DNA of 31,415 nucleotides from Pirellulaceae bacterium (GTDB lineage Bacteria; Planctomycetota; Planctomycetia; Pirellulales; Pirellulaceae): NCBI GenBank assembly GCA_016784735.1, contig JADHUC010000115.1, positions 1 to 31,415 of the forward strand, read 5' to 3'. Shown piece by piece: positions 15,076 to 23,746 of this stretch (position 1 is its first letter; each line of letters starts with the position of its first letter). The notes under the pieces were generated by a model. It saw only the letters and a program-made list of their open reading frames with translations, ran no database searches and was not told where the DNA came from. The position numbers and the translations under genes were made by a program.

Positions 15076-15591
15076 ATGAACAAAAAGAGTCTGGCCTCTG
15101 TGGGAATCGCCATGATGCTGTGTTGCTGCAGTGGATACAAGAACAAAGAACACGTAGAGGATGCGGCTGTCGCGGACGAGCAACTTGGTGAGATCGACAT
15201 GGATCACCGGGCTGCGATGTCCATTAGCTTGTACACGGCGAACAAGTTCCACAAACGTCTGACACGAGCGACGAAACGGCTGAATCCAGCTTTGCGAGTC
15301 TATTATGAAGGACCGCTTGGCCGGCCTGGCGGCGAGCCAGGTCCGGCTAGCGACGCGTTCGCCGATTGGAACATCGTCGAAGCCCAACCGGAGGGTCCGG
15401 CCAGGCTCGTCTGCAATATCTCGGTGTCGGAAACGAAACGAGATGCCACGATCGCCCAGTGTAATCTGGAGGATCGCATTCTTTACATGGCTATTCGCGA
15501 TGTAAACGCGGAAAGCGAAGAGTTGGATTTGTCGCGTGCCGAACTGAACGGCCAAAGCGTACGGAAATTCGTGGCCAATCTGTCAAAATAG
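15076..15591 (+). CDS. hypothetical lipoprotein
   Basis: ATG 15076 with GGAGG 7 nt upstream. MNKKSLASVGIAMMLCCCSG is a signal peptide with a Cys-containing lipobox region. No known domain. The antisense ORF 14998-15555 is rejected. Confidence 0.6.
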   Translation: MNKKSLASVGIAMMLCCCSGYKNKEHVEDAAVADEQLGEIDMDHRAAMSISLYTANKFHKRLTRATKRLNPALRVYYEGPLGRPGGEPGPASDAFADWNIVEAQPEGPARLVCNISVSETKRDATIAQCNLEDRILYMAIRDVNAESEELDLSRAELNGQSVRKFVANLSK

Positions 15592-15758
15592 AAAGCGATC
15601 GAAGGTGCGCGGCCGTGATGTGCGCTTCGAGCCGCCGAATCCAAGCAGAGACGATTTTCTGTGGTGCAGACGATGGCCAGAATGGTAGACTGATCTGTTG
15701 TTGACCGGTCGTTCTTTTGGCACGGCCTGAGCGTGTCAGCCATTGAGGGTACACGACG

Positions 15759-16643
15759 ATGGCTCGCTTCTTCATGGCAGTCGTGTTGTTCCTTGGCGTT
15801 GAGCCTACGTCGAAAACGACGGATGACGCTGCAAACGCCGCACGAGCTCTGCTGGAATCTGCAAGTTGGGTCGCAGTCAAAGACAACGACGGCAAAACCG
15901 AAATCCGTGTACTCGCCGCAGAAGAAGAGCCCAAGGCCGAACAGGCCGTGCGCGACTATCATGACCGCTACCAGGAAGTGGCGGATACCTACTGGAAGCA
16001 TGAGAAGGAATATGCAGATGCGATTTCGCAGTTGAACCGCCAGTTCCTGGATCGCCAGGAACCGGTCACGGTCGATCATGTGAATCAATACTTTCGGGAT
16101 CGCAGGAAGTTAAAGGAACAGCTCGCGGCCAAGTCTCCGCAGCGGGCCGTGCCGCGACCGCCGTACCGTCATGTACTGCGGCAGGGAGAATGGTGGGAAC
16201 TGCGTCTTGGCGTGAAACCGGTAGAACCGGTAAGCGTATCAACGATCCTGTTCGGCACCGACACGCCCTCGATATACCTGCGCCTTTCAAACGCATCATC
16301 TGGGTTTTGCACGGGCCTTCCGGGAGCTCTGCAGCATTTCCCCGTACCTCCAGACGATTCCTACCTTCGAAACACGCGGATCGAAGTCAAGGAGCAGGTT
16401 ATCTTCCTGAAGACACGCCAATTTCAGTCTTACCGCCTTGGCCAATTCGATATCGCCGAGGCCGTTGCCTCGCTCGAGGAGGCCGTGCCGAACGCGACAA
16501 TAGACGGCGATCCCGAGTCAAGCACTATCTTCGTTCTTGGTTTTCCAGACGAGCACAAAGCCATCCGGCAAGCAATGGCACAGCTTGGGGTCAACCGTGA
16601 GAAACCGAAAAGTCAGAACGAAACGAATGGTAAGGAACGTTAA
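15759..16643 (+). CDS. hypothetical protein
   Basis: 294-aa ORF with a hydrophobic N-terminus MARFFMAVVLFLGV and protein-like composition. No recognisable domain. Confidence 0.55.
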   Translation: MARFFMAVVLFLGVEPTSKTTDDAANAARALLESASWVAVKDNDGKTEIRVLAAEEEPKAEQAVRDYHDRYQEVADTYWKHEKEYADAISQLNRQFLDRQEPVTVDHVNQYFRDRRKLKEQLAAKSPQRAVPRPPYRHVLRQGEWWELRLGVKPVEPVSVSTILFGTDTPSIYLRLSNASSGFCTGLPGALQHFPVPPDDSYLRNTRIEVKEQVIFLKTRQFQSYRLGQFDIAEAVASLEEAVPNATIDGDPESSTIFVLGFPDEHKAIRQAMAQLGVNREKPKSQNETNGKER

Positions 16644-16653
16644 GAACGTCGGA

Positions 16654-18768
16654 ATGGGCATTATGAAGCTGGGGCAACGTATTGTAGTGATGGCGTTGGT
16701 GGCTCATTCGGTGGCGGCTGCTTCAGCATCTGATCCGAGCTCTAAACATGGCGACTCGGCGAAACAACGGGAACAACCCCCCAACGTAGTCTCTCGGATT
16801 GGCGGCAGGCAGTTGCTGAGTGGTGGCTGGCGGCCGTCCATCGCCTTGTCCAGTGATGGCAGACGGTTAGCAATGCCACTCGGCGAAGATGGGTGCATCG
16901 GGATCTGTGACACACATTCGGCCACGCTTGTTCGTCCCCTCCAGGAACGCGAAACTGACAAGACAACCCCGTATCTGATGTATTGGCCAAATGGCAAGAA
17001 GCTGGCCACGTACACTGTTCCAGGCACGCTTCGGGTATGGGACCTGGAACCAGTCAAGCTGATCTTCTCCGTACCGGCACACGTGGACGGACTAGTGGGT
17101 GATCGGCAGATGGCGGTCTCTCCCGGTGGCGGCGTGTTTGCAGTATCTCCAGATGAAGGCCGTTCGATCCGCGTCTACGATGCAGGTAGCGGTAGCCTCC
17201 GAGCAACAGTGCAGCCTCCGCAGAGCCGAAAACTCACTGCGATTGCGGTCGATGGACAATCTCTCGTCGGACTCTGTATAGGATCCGAGGGGTGGGACGA
17301 GATCTTTACGTGGAAACTCGAAACGGGGGAATTGCAGTCACACTGCTCACTGAAGGGTTTGTTGCCCGCCGCGAGTGATGTCTTCCTGTCGCCCAGCGGC
17401 AAGTTCTTCGCCATGCCGGGGGTCATTGCCGGGGATGGCGGTCCAGAGCCTTCGATCGTCGTGGGCGATACGAAGACCGGCAAGGAAGTGAGACGGTTTG
17501 CACGGTCAACTGAACATCTTTCCGTCATCGCTTTCTCACACGACGATTCCTTTATAGCAGTCCAGGAAAAGTCGAGTCGTGGCGTAGCGGTTCTTAGCCT
17601 GAAGTCTGGCGATACATTGACGTTCCTTCCGGGCCTTTATAGCGCTGCTTACCAAATGGAGTTCTCTCGTGATGGGAGGGTCTTAGGCACCGCAAGTTTC
17701 TTCGGTATTCGTCTTTGGGATATCGAGTCGGGCGAGCAGTTCCCCACGACCACCGGTCCCGAGTCGATGTGGTCCGTGCGATTCTCCGGCAACGGGAAAC
17801 TCATCGTTTCCGACGGGCCAGGTGGAGTGAGGTGTTGGAGCACGTCTACGCGAGACCAAGTGTGGCACAGGGACAACGTCCATCATCCGACCTTTCCGTG
17901 GAACAGCCTCCAGGTCTTCGCCGTTGACGACCAAGGATCGCTCCATGCAATCGACCTGGCGTCCGGGAAACGTGCCTGGTCACGGCGACTTCCAACGTAT
18001 GAGGAAGTGATCCGTGCGCACGAGGTGCCGTCTTTCAGGCAACGCATGCCGCCTCCGAAAGCTCGCCTGGTTGGCGCGTCTGGTGATCAGAATGCCTTTG
18101 CCTACATCATTGATGGACACCGAATTGGAGTTTATCAACGAACAAAGGATGCCTTCCGGTTGCTCCCGGATATGGGACGACCACTTCCCGGTGGAGGATT
18201 GACCTTCGTTGGAGGAAATCCGGACCGCGTGTGCACCACAGTCCAAACGACTGCGGAATGGAAAGACGAATCGTCGGATCTTTTCGGGGACCCCGCCGAG
18301 CCTGTGATGGCGGCGAAAGCAGTCTACTATGAATTGAGCACCAATACGTCTCGTGACGGCGTCGCTGTCCCTTTTGGCGTTGAAGCTTGGTATTCCCGCA
18401 ACGGCCGCTATTGCTTCGTTTCGGCGATCCGCCGTCTGAATCCATCCGCGCGAGGCGAGTTGTACTATCTTGGTGCTCGGACGGCGAGCATGGTGAGGGC
18501 AGTTCATTTCGATGGCTGGTCGATTCCTCCTGATGATCCCTATAATCCTGCGGACCCGGTTGCTGTGACCGACGATGGCACGTTCGCAGCGCTCGTCGGA
18601 GATGACGGCGTAATCCACGTATTCGATCTTCGGCGTGGAAACGAGCAGTCAGCGCTCCGCGACGCCCATCTTCGAGAGTTCCGTTGCGTTGCGTTTTCCC
18701 GGGACGGAAAGAGGCTCGCATCGGGGGCCGTGGATGGGACAATTGTTGTGTGGGACGTGTCTGAGTGA
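16654..18768 (+). CDS. secreted WD40/beta-propeller repeat protein
   Basis: Signal peptide MGIMKLGQRIVVMALVAHSVAAASA; alternative starts are 16627 and 16663. Repeated WD-like units include GTLRVWDLE, GIRLWDIESG and a canonical terminal unit FSRDGKRLASGAVDGTIVVWDV. Confidence 0.8.
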   Translation: MGIMKLGQRIVVMALVAHSVAAASASDPSSKHGDSAKQREQPPNVVSRIGGRQLLSGGWRPSIALSSDGRRLAMPLGEDGCIGICDTHSATLVRPLQERETDKTTPYLMYWPNGKKLATYTVPGTLRVWDLEPVKLIFSVPAHVDGLVGDRQMAVSPGGGVFAVSPDEGRSIRVYDAGSGSLRATVQPPQSRKLTAIAVDGQSLVGLCIGSEGWDEIFTWKLETGELQSHCSLKGLLPAASDVFLSPSGKFFAMPGVIAGDGGPEPSIVVGDTKTGKEVRRFARSTEHLSVIAFSHDDSFIAVQEKSSRGVAVLSLKSGDTLTFLPGLYSAAYQMEFSRDGRVLGTASFFGIRLWDIESGEQFPTTTGPESMWSVRFSGNGKLIVSDGPGGVRCWSTSTRDQVWHRDNVHHPTFPWNSLQVFAVDDQGSLHAIDLASGKRAWSRRLPTYEEVIRAHEVPSFRQRMPPPKARLVGASGDQNAFAYIIDGHRIGVYQRTKDAFRLLPDMGRPLPGGGLTFVGGNPDRVCTTVQTTAEWKDESSDLFGDPAEPVMAAKAVYYELSTNTSRDGVAVPFGVEAWYSRNGRYCFVSAIRRLNPSARGELYYLGARTASMVRAVHFDGWSIPPDDPYNPADPVAVTDDGTFAALVGDDGVIHVFDLRRGNEQSALRDAHLREFRCVAFSRDGKRLASGAVDGTIVVWDVSE

Positions 18769-18844
18769 GAATTTGGAGTTGTAGGCGACCTGGTAATACG
18801 TCTCTCAGGTCAATGACGGTGACTGACTAGCAGCGGATAAACAG

Positions 18845-19645
18845 ATGATGGAACCAGCAAACAGCGTCATAATCCTGTTGTTGAGTCTGCCGCCCACCTG
18901 GTTCACCGGCAGGTTGGAGCAGGCGAGAACGCAGAGTGACGCGGTGGCCGCGATTCACCGTCTGGGCGGGCGGGTGGTGTACGACTGCCAGATTGGCGTG
19001 AATGGATTGCGCCCGTATGCAGAGCCGCCTGGTCCGGAATGGCTCAGGAAGCTGCTCGGGATCGATTTCCTTGCCGACGTGCGGTCAGTCAGTTTCTTCC
19101 ATGCGACCCGACTTGACGACGACGACCTTGCGTGCTTGAGTCCGTTATCCGGGTTAACAGACCTTCTGTTGACCAATACCCAGATTACGGACGCAGGTCT
19201 GCGAAGGCTCACGGGATTGAAGTCTCTGGAGCGGCTGCTACTGGATCACACACACATTACCGATGAAGGGCTGGGCCTGCTATCGGACTTGAAGCATCTC
19301 CAAGGAATATCGCTCGAAGGCACACGAGTTGGCGATGCCGGGTTGCAGCACCTTAGCCAATTCAAGCAGTTGGAGGTGATTGCGCTTTACGGCACCACCG
19401 TTACGGAGAAGGGGATCAAAGAGATCGCAATGGAATTGCCGAACTGCCACATCACCTATCGATATGGATATACCAGGGGCCCGCCGCGGCATCGACAAAA
19501 CAGCCGGTCTGCGGCCGAAGCGGATCGTTTCTTTGAGGAATGGCGACGTGAGGTCGACGCGGAAATCGATGCTTTCCTCGAACGTCAACTTCGCGAACTG
19601 GAGGAGAGGAGCTTTCGCGGCGCTAGTCTCCCCGGAATTCCGTGA
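18845..19645 (+). CDS. leucine-rich repeat protein (membrane-anchored, 'TDAGL' LRR type)
   Basis: N-terminal anchor SVIILLLSLPPTWF. AIHRLGGRVVYD module. About 5 LRR units of ~24 aa (LLLTNTQITDAGLRRLTGLKSLERL, LLDHTHITDEGLGLLSDLKHLQGI, ...). Confidence 0.8.
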   Translation: MMEPANSVIILLLSLPPTWFTGRLEQARTQSDAVAAIHRLGGRVVYDCQIGVNGLRPYAEPPGPEWLRKLLGIDFLADVRSVSFFHATRLDDDDLACLSPLSGLTDLLLTNTQITDAGLRRLTGLKSLERLLLDHTHITDEGLGLLSDLKHLQGISLEGTRVGDAGLQHLSQFKQLEVIALYGTTVTEKGIKEIAMELPNCHITYRYGYTRGPPRHRQNSRSAAEADRFFEEWRREVDAEIDAFLERQLRELEERSFRGASLPGIP

Positions 19646-19651
19646 AGAACA

Positions 19652-21022
19652 TTACAGATACTCGTCCGGGAATTTCCACGGATCGCGGTACTCGGGTTTG
19701 GCCGCCTTGGTGGCTTCGTCGTCGTTGCTGATGGTCTCTGTGGTCGGGTCGAACTGCAGGTCGCGGCCGACCTTCATCGCCAGGTTGGCCAGCATGTTGC
19801 CCGTGTTCAGCTTGTGGGCGTATTCCACGTTGCAGCTCGGCTGCCGGCGAGTGCGGATACAGTCCAGCCATTCGCGTTCGTGGCCAGGCGATGGTGGAAT
19901 CGACTCCTCCGGCGGTTCGGCCTCGGCCAGTGCCGTTGTCTGCGGGACAACCTGATGCGTCCTGTAATCACCGTAGATCGCTCCCTCGACACCGTGCAGA
20001 AAGTAGCCCAGGCGACGCTGGGTACCTTCCATCTTGGCCCCGGGTTTTGTGTAGCGAGCCACGTCCTGCAGATTGAAGCCGAAACTGTTCACTTGCGACA
20101 TCGACCACGCGAGCGTTACATCGGGGAACTCGAACGTCACCTCGTGAGTGTCGGGAGCGTCGGTGTTGTCCTTGATGTGCCGTTTGGAGCTGAAGCTGCT
20201 TATCCGCGTGGGGAAGTCCAGTCCCAGTGCCCAGTACGGCAGGTCGAGAATGTGCTCGCTCATGCCGCAAGTGCGGCCGCCTCCGTAGTCGAGCCACAGC
20301 GTATGCGAATAGCCGTTCTTGACGATATTGACGTTGAATGGGCGGATCGGCGCAGGGCCTACCCAAGAATCCCAATCGAGACCTTCCGGTGGGGCGCTGT
20401 CCGGCGGGAAGCCCTCGCCATCGGGGGCGTGCTTTGATACAAGGAAGCAGCGGGCGACGGCGATCTTGCCGAGCTTGCCCGACCGGACCCACTCGACCAC
20501 TCGGCGATAGTTCTCCGAAGCGTGGATCTGCGTGCCGAGCTGGCATACCCGGCTGTGCTTGAGAACGGCGTTTTTCACCGCGCGGCTTTCGGTCAAGTGT
20601 AGCGTCATGGGCTTCTGGATGTACAGATCCTTACCCGCCTCGCACGCGTCGACCGCTTGCCGGCAGTGCCACTGGTGCGGCGTGGCGATGATCACGGCGT
20701 CGATGTCCTTGTCGGCCAGCAGTTCGCGATAGTCGTGGTAGCCTTTCGGTTTGTTGCCGTACTTTTCCAGCGTGCGATCAAGATGTGACTTCCATACATC
20801 AGAAACAGCAGCAACGTCGATGTCATCGTACTTGGCGCAATTGGCCAAGTTGGCGTTCCCCATGTTGCCGGCCCCGATCAGGCCCAAGCGGATTTTCTCG
20901 TTGGCGCCGGGCCGGCCGGGTGCAGCCAAGGCAGTGCGCGAGATGACCGTTGGAACCGCTACACCGGCTGCGGCCGTCTGAGCTAGAAAGCGGCGACGCG
21001 TGTATTCGTTGTGTTTGGACAT
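19652..21022 (-). CDS. Gfo/Idh/MocA family oxidoreductase with TAT signal
   Basis: ATG 21022 (MSKHNEYTRRRFLAQTAAAGVAV is a twin-arginine signal), with AGGGAG upstream. Rossmann motif IRLGLIGAGNMG. The remainder is typical of the Gfo/Idh/MocA family. Confidence 0.9.
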   Translation of the reverse strand: MSKHNEYTRRRFLAQTAAAGVAVPTVISRTALAAPGRPGANEKIRLGLIGAGNMGNANLANCAKYDDIDVAAVSDVWKSHLDRTLEKYGNKPKGYHDYRELLADKDIDAVIIATPHQWHCRQAVDACEAGKDLYIQKPMTLHLTESRAVKNAVLKHSRVCQLGTQIHASENYRRVVEWVRSGKLGKIAVARCFLVSKHAPDGEGFPPDSAPPEGLDWDSWVGPAPIRPFNVNIVKNGYSHTLWLDYGGGRTCGMSEHILDLPYWALGLDFPTRISSFSSKRHIKDNTDAPDTHEVTFEFPDVTLAWSMSQVNSFGFNLQDVARYTKPGAKMEGTQRRLGYFLHGVEGAIYGDYRTHQVVPQTTALAEAEPPEESIPPSPGHEREWLDCIRTRRQPSCNVEYAHKLNTGNMLANLAMKVGRDLQFDPTTETISNDDEATKAAKPEYRDPWKFPDEYL

Positions 21023-21098
21023 GGAAAGGCTCCCTTCTCTGATGTCTGTGGTCAAGCTACTTCTCCAAATGCACCTGAGGTGGACTGGCATAGGCTTC

Positions 21099-21174
21099 GT
21101 AGGTCAGGCTGTGCCTGACGGAAACGGGCTCGAATGGCGTCGACCCGCAAGTCGTCAGGCACAGCCTGACCTAC
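21099..21174. repeat. REP-like composite palindrome related to the 134-219 family (same GTAGGTC...GACCTAC termini, different hairpin core)
   Basis: gtaggtcaggctgtgcctgacg (21099-21120) and cgtcaggcacagcctgacctac (21153-21174) are exact reverse complements. Each arm is itself a hairpin (gtcaggc-tgt-gcctgac). The spacer begins ggaaacg, as in copy 134-219. The element lies 18 nt past the stop of the 21192-22508 gene. Confidence 0.85.
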
Positions 21175-21191
21175 TGAGTATTGTGGTCCTG

Positions 21192-22508
21192 CTATTGCTC
21201 TAAACGCACCTGGGGTGGACTGGCATAGGCTGCCCAGACCGACTCCAACGTGGCGTTGTCGCTCAGTCCAGGGTGAATCCAAAGCCGATACTTCAGCACG
21301 AGCGGCTTGTCGCGCTGGAGTGCCACTTCACGATCACCGGGCCAAGCTGGCTGGACGCTGCGCCAGCGAGGGTATTGCCCCGGCACGCGGTCGGCGGTCT
21401 GTGGGTTGGGGAAACTCGGGTAGTCAGGATTGTTCACGTGCTCGAGCATCGCCAAACCGGCCGGGCCTTTGCCACCGGGGAACTTGCCAGTTAAGTGGAA
21501 CCACGCTCGTCGCGGTTCTGCTTCCGGCGGTTCGATGTGCATGTCGATTCTCCGCTCGTCGAATTCGGGGAAGGTGCGGAGATTGAAACCTCCGTAAGTC
21601 GCCTTCGGTCGGCCGCCGATGCTCACGTCATCCACCAGAGCCGTCAGCCCTATGTGAACGTCGAGAAACCGGCAGCGATTCTGTTGCCGGAAGGCGCGGA
21701 TGGCCACGTCCTCGCGAACGATCGGCTCGCGATCGCCCCATTTCCACACGTTTTCGGCGTCGATTGCCGCCAGCACGGGACCCGCCTCGATGCGGTTCAT
21801 ACTGACTGGTCGAGCCCAAACGCCACCGGGCTGCTTCGGCAACACGCGGACGGCCCAGATGTCGCGAACTTCGCCTTTGAATCGCACGACCGGCCAAGCC
21901 CAGCAGATGCCACGGTGGTGCGGGTGATTCATTGAATAATCGTCAGTAAGTTGCTCGCCGTCCGGTCCAAAGACGGGGTGTATGTAGTCGCCCCGAGCGT
22001 AATAGAGCGGTGGGTCACGGTCCTTTTCGAAGTGCTGCACAATCTCCGGTGGCGGTGTGACTGTACCCTGGTTGTAACGGAGCACTGTCAGAGTCCCCTC
22101 GGTCACGTCGACCGCCTTCCGCCGTTGATCCAGAGACAATGCCAACGCCGGTACAGCCGGCTCGTCGCCGACGACCAACTCGAATCGCCGTTCGCCTGCA
22201 GAGCCCGGCGGCATCAGCCACCACAACGTTCCCTTCGTCGAGTCTTGCGTGTCCCGGACGAACTGCACGGCCACGGCGAGTCCACCATCATCACGCTTGT
22301 TGGTCCGCTCCACCAACCGAATGCACTCGGGTTTCACCGTTCTATCGAAAACGTTTGCCAGATCCATGCCGACCGATGCCGGCGCGCCAACGCGTGCACT
22401 CGCTCCGCCCGCGTCGGTTACGACGAGGATCGGGCCGCCAGCCGATAGGCTGTTTGCCGTCAGCAACGCGACGGCGATATGAATCACAAGAAATCGTCCC
22501 ATCTTCAT
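21192..22508 (-). CDS. PmoA-family (DUF6807-like) protein, secreted
   Basis: Signal peptide MKMGRFLVIHIAVALLTANSLSA. The central motif YSMNHPHHRGICWAW and the overall length match my recollection of the PmoA/DUF6807 family. That family is commonly adjacent to Gfo/Idh/MocA oxidoreductases. The family call is from memory and was not searched. Confidence 0.6.
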   Translation of the reverse strand: MKMGRFLVIHIAVALLTANSLSAGGPILVVTDAGGASARVGAPASVGMDLANVFDRTVKPECIRLVERTNKRDDGGLAVAVQFVRDTQDSTKGTLWWLMPPGSAGERRFELVVGDEPAVPALALSLDQRRKAVDVTEGTLTVLRYNQGTVTPPPEIVQHFEKDRDPPLYYARGDYIHPVFGPDGEQLTDDYSMNHPHHRGICWAWPVVRFKGEVRDIWAVRVLPKQPGGVWARPVSMNRIEAGPVLAAIDAENVWKWGDREPIVREDVAIRAFRQQNRCRFLDVHIGLTALVDDVSIGGRPKATYGGFNLRTFPEFDERRIDMHIEPPEAEPRRAWFHLTGKFPGGKGPAGLAMLEHVNNPDYPSFPNPQTADRVPGQYPRWRSVQPAWPGDREVALQRDKPLVLKYRLWIHPGLSDNATLESVWAAYASPPQVRLEQ

Positions 22509-22702
22509 ACCTCCTCAGGTCAACGCGGACAACATTTTTCGGAAGTCGGGATTCGACGGCGAAGCTCTCCTTGAAGGCCCAAACGCCGACCGTCAGTTAC
22601 CAATTCATCTGGATGCGTTCGGCCATTGTCTGACGCACCGGTCATCATCTTCGCCATTCCGGGAAAGCGGCGGGAGACGCACCTCAAACTCGGAACGGTC
22701 AA

Positions 22703-23503
22703 TCATGTCTTCAGTTGGGCGGCCTGCGACGGCGTCGCTCGGGACGGGGGTGTCTCGATGGGTTCGAGGCTCGCGATATGGAGAAAGTCGATTAAGTCGT
22801 GTCGCTCGATCGTCTCTGGTGCGTCTTCCGATGCCGGAAAACCGACAAGGGCGTAGGTCGTGGTCAACCATACGAGGTCCGGGCGATATACGTCGTATAC
22901 CGCACCGTCGGCCGCGTGGATACGGAAAGGGCAAAATGGCCGAGTTTGCAGCGCCCGCAGCAATTCTCGTTGTCCCAAAGGGGAATGACTCGGCTCTGCG
23001 ACCGTGGCCAGTACGACGCCTTCCTCCCGATCTATTGCCTCCTTGAGATTCTTATGAACGACAAACGTCATTCGCCCGTTTGCGAAATCCACATAACGCG
23101 GCTGAGGCGCGCCGCGTTGCGCACATTGGTGGCACTGTGGCATCTTCACCTGTGCGACGCTCGTCTTGTGAATCCGGCGCAGAAAGAAGTAAAACGCCGT
23201 GGGCCAGGAAACGATTAGCGCAATCACTGCCTGGACCAAGCCTGACGGCTGATCTTGCTCTCCACCCGAAGACCGGCACACCGCCACGTAGCGCTCGGAC
23301 GCCTGGCCACAGTCACAACAGATCCACGGAAGCGCTGTCCCCTGCGAAACACGAAGTGAAGTCCGGTGTGGGTCGGTGCCGCGTGCGTCGCGAATGTTTC
23401 TCCGGCAAGCGGGGCACGTCCCATCCGCCTTGGCAATCATCCGCGTGAAGCAATGAGGGCACTCGGTGATCATTTCTCTGGTTGGACGCTGTTCGTTTGT
23501 CAT
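22703..23503 (-). CDS. hypothetical zinc-ribbon membrane protein
   Basis: ATG 23503 (MTNEQRPTREMITECPHCFTRMIAKADGTCPACRR). Three CxxC pairs (CPHC/CPAC, CCDC, CHQC). One TM helix LVQAVIALIVSWPTAFYFFL. Confidence 0.6.
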   Translation of the reverse strand: MTNEQRPTREMITECPHCFTRMIAKADGTCPACRRNIRDARGTDPHRTSLRVSQGTALPWICCDCGQASERYVAVCRSSGGEQDQPSGLVQAVIALIVSWPTAFYFFLRRIHKTSVAQVKMPQCHQCAQRGAPQPRYVDFANGRMTFVVHKNLKEAIDREEGVVLATVAEPSHSPLGQRELLRALQTRPFCPFRIHAADGAVYDVYRPDLVWLTTTYALVGFPASEDAPETIERHDLIDFLHIASLEPIETPPSRATPSQAAQLKT

Positions 23504-23666
23504 GACGTCGGCAAGTCTGGACACCACAACCTCCAGAGCTCTGCCAATCTGACACGCGCCTATTCAATATCGACTAAGCAGCAGCGCAGTGCAAGCATGG
23601 TCGTCGTGGAGCCGTCCCTTTGGTCGGGCAAATGTGGTCGTTACCAGTGAAGTGCTCGGATAGACT
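23498..23666 (-). promoter_or_regulatory. conserved 5' leader/promoter region, copy X (paralogous to 25831-25998)
   Basis: Shares blocks with copy Y at identical spacing: tgtcatgaYgtcSgcaagtctggacacSac (27/30), gcaagcRtggtcgtc (14/15, offset 93 in both), gtgctcggatagact (15/15, offset 154 vs 153). It includes the ATG of gene 22703-23503. Confidence 0.5.
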
Positions 23667-23746
23667 GCCTGAACTGCACCACCTTGCCGGGAAGACGAAG
23701 GGAAAGACGTTGCCCATTCACATGTTAACCCCGCCGGCCCCGTGCC

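Noticed and set aside
22509-22702. The 194-nt gap and the 60-aa ORF 22520-22702 between the zinc-ribbon gene and the PmoA-like gene.
   Set aside because: No repeats, hairpins or protein-like features could be supported. It is treated as an ordinary intergenic or promoter region.
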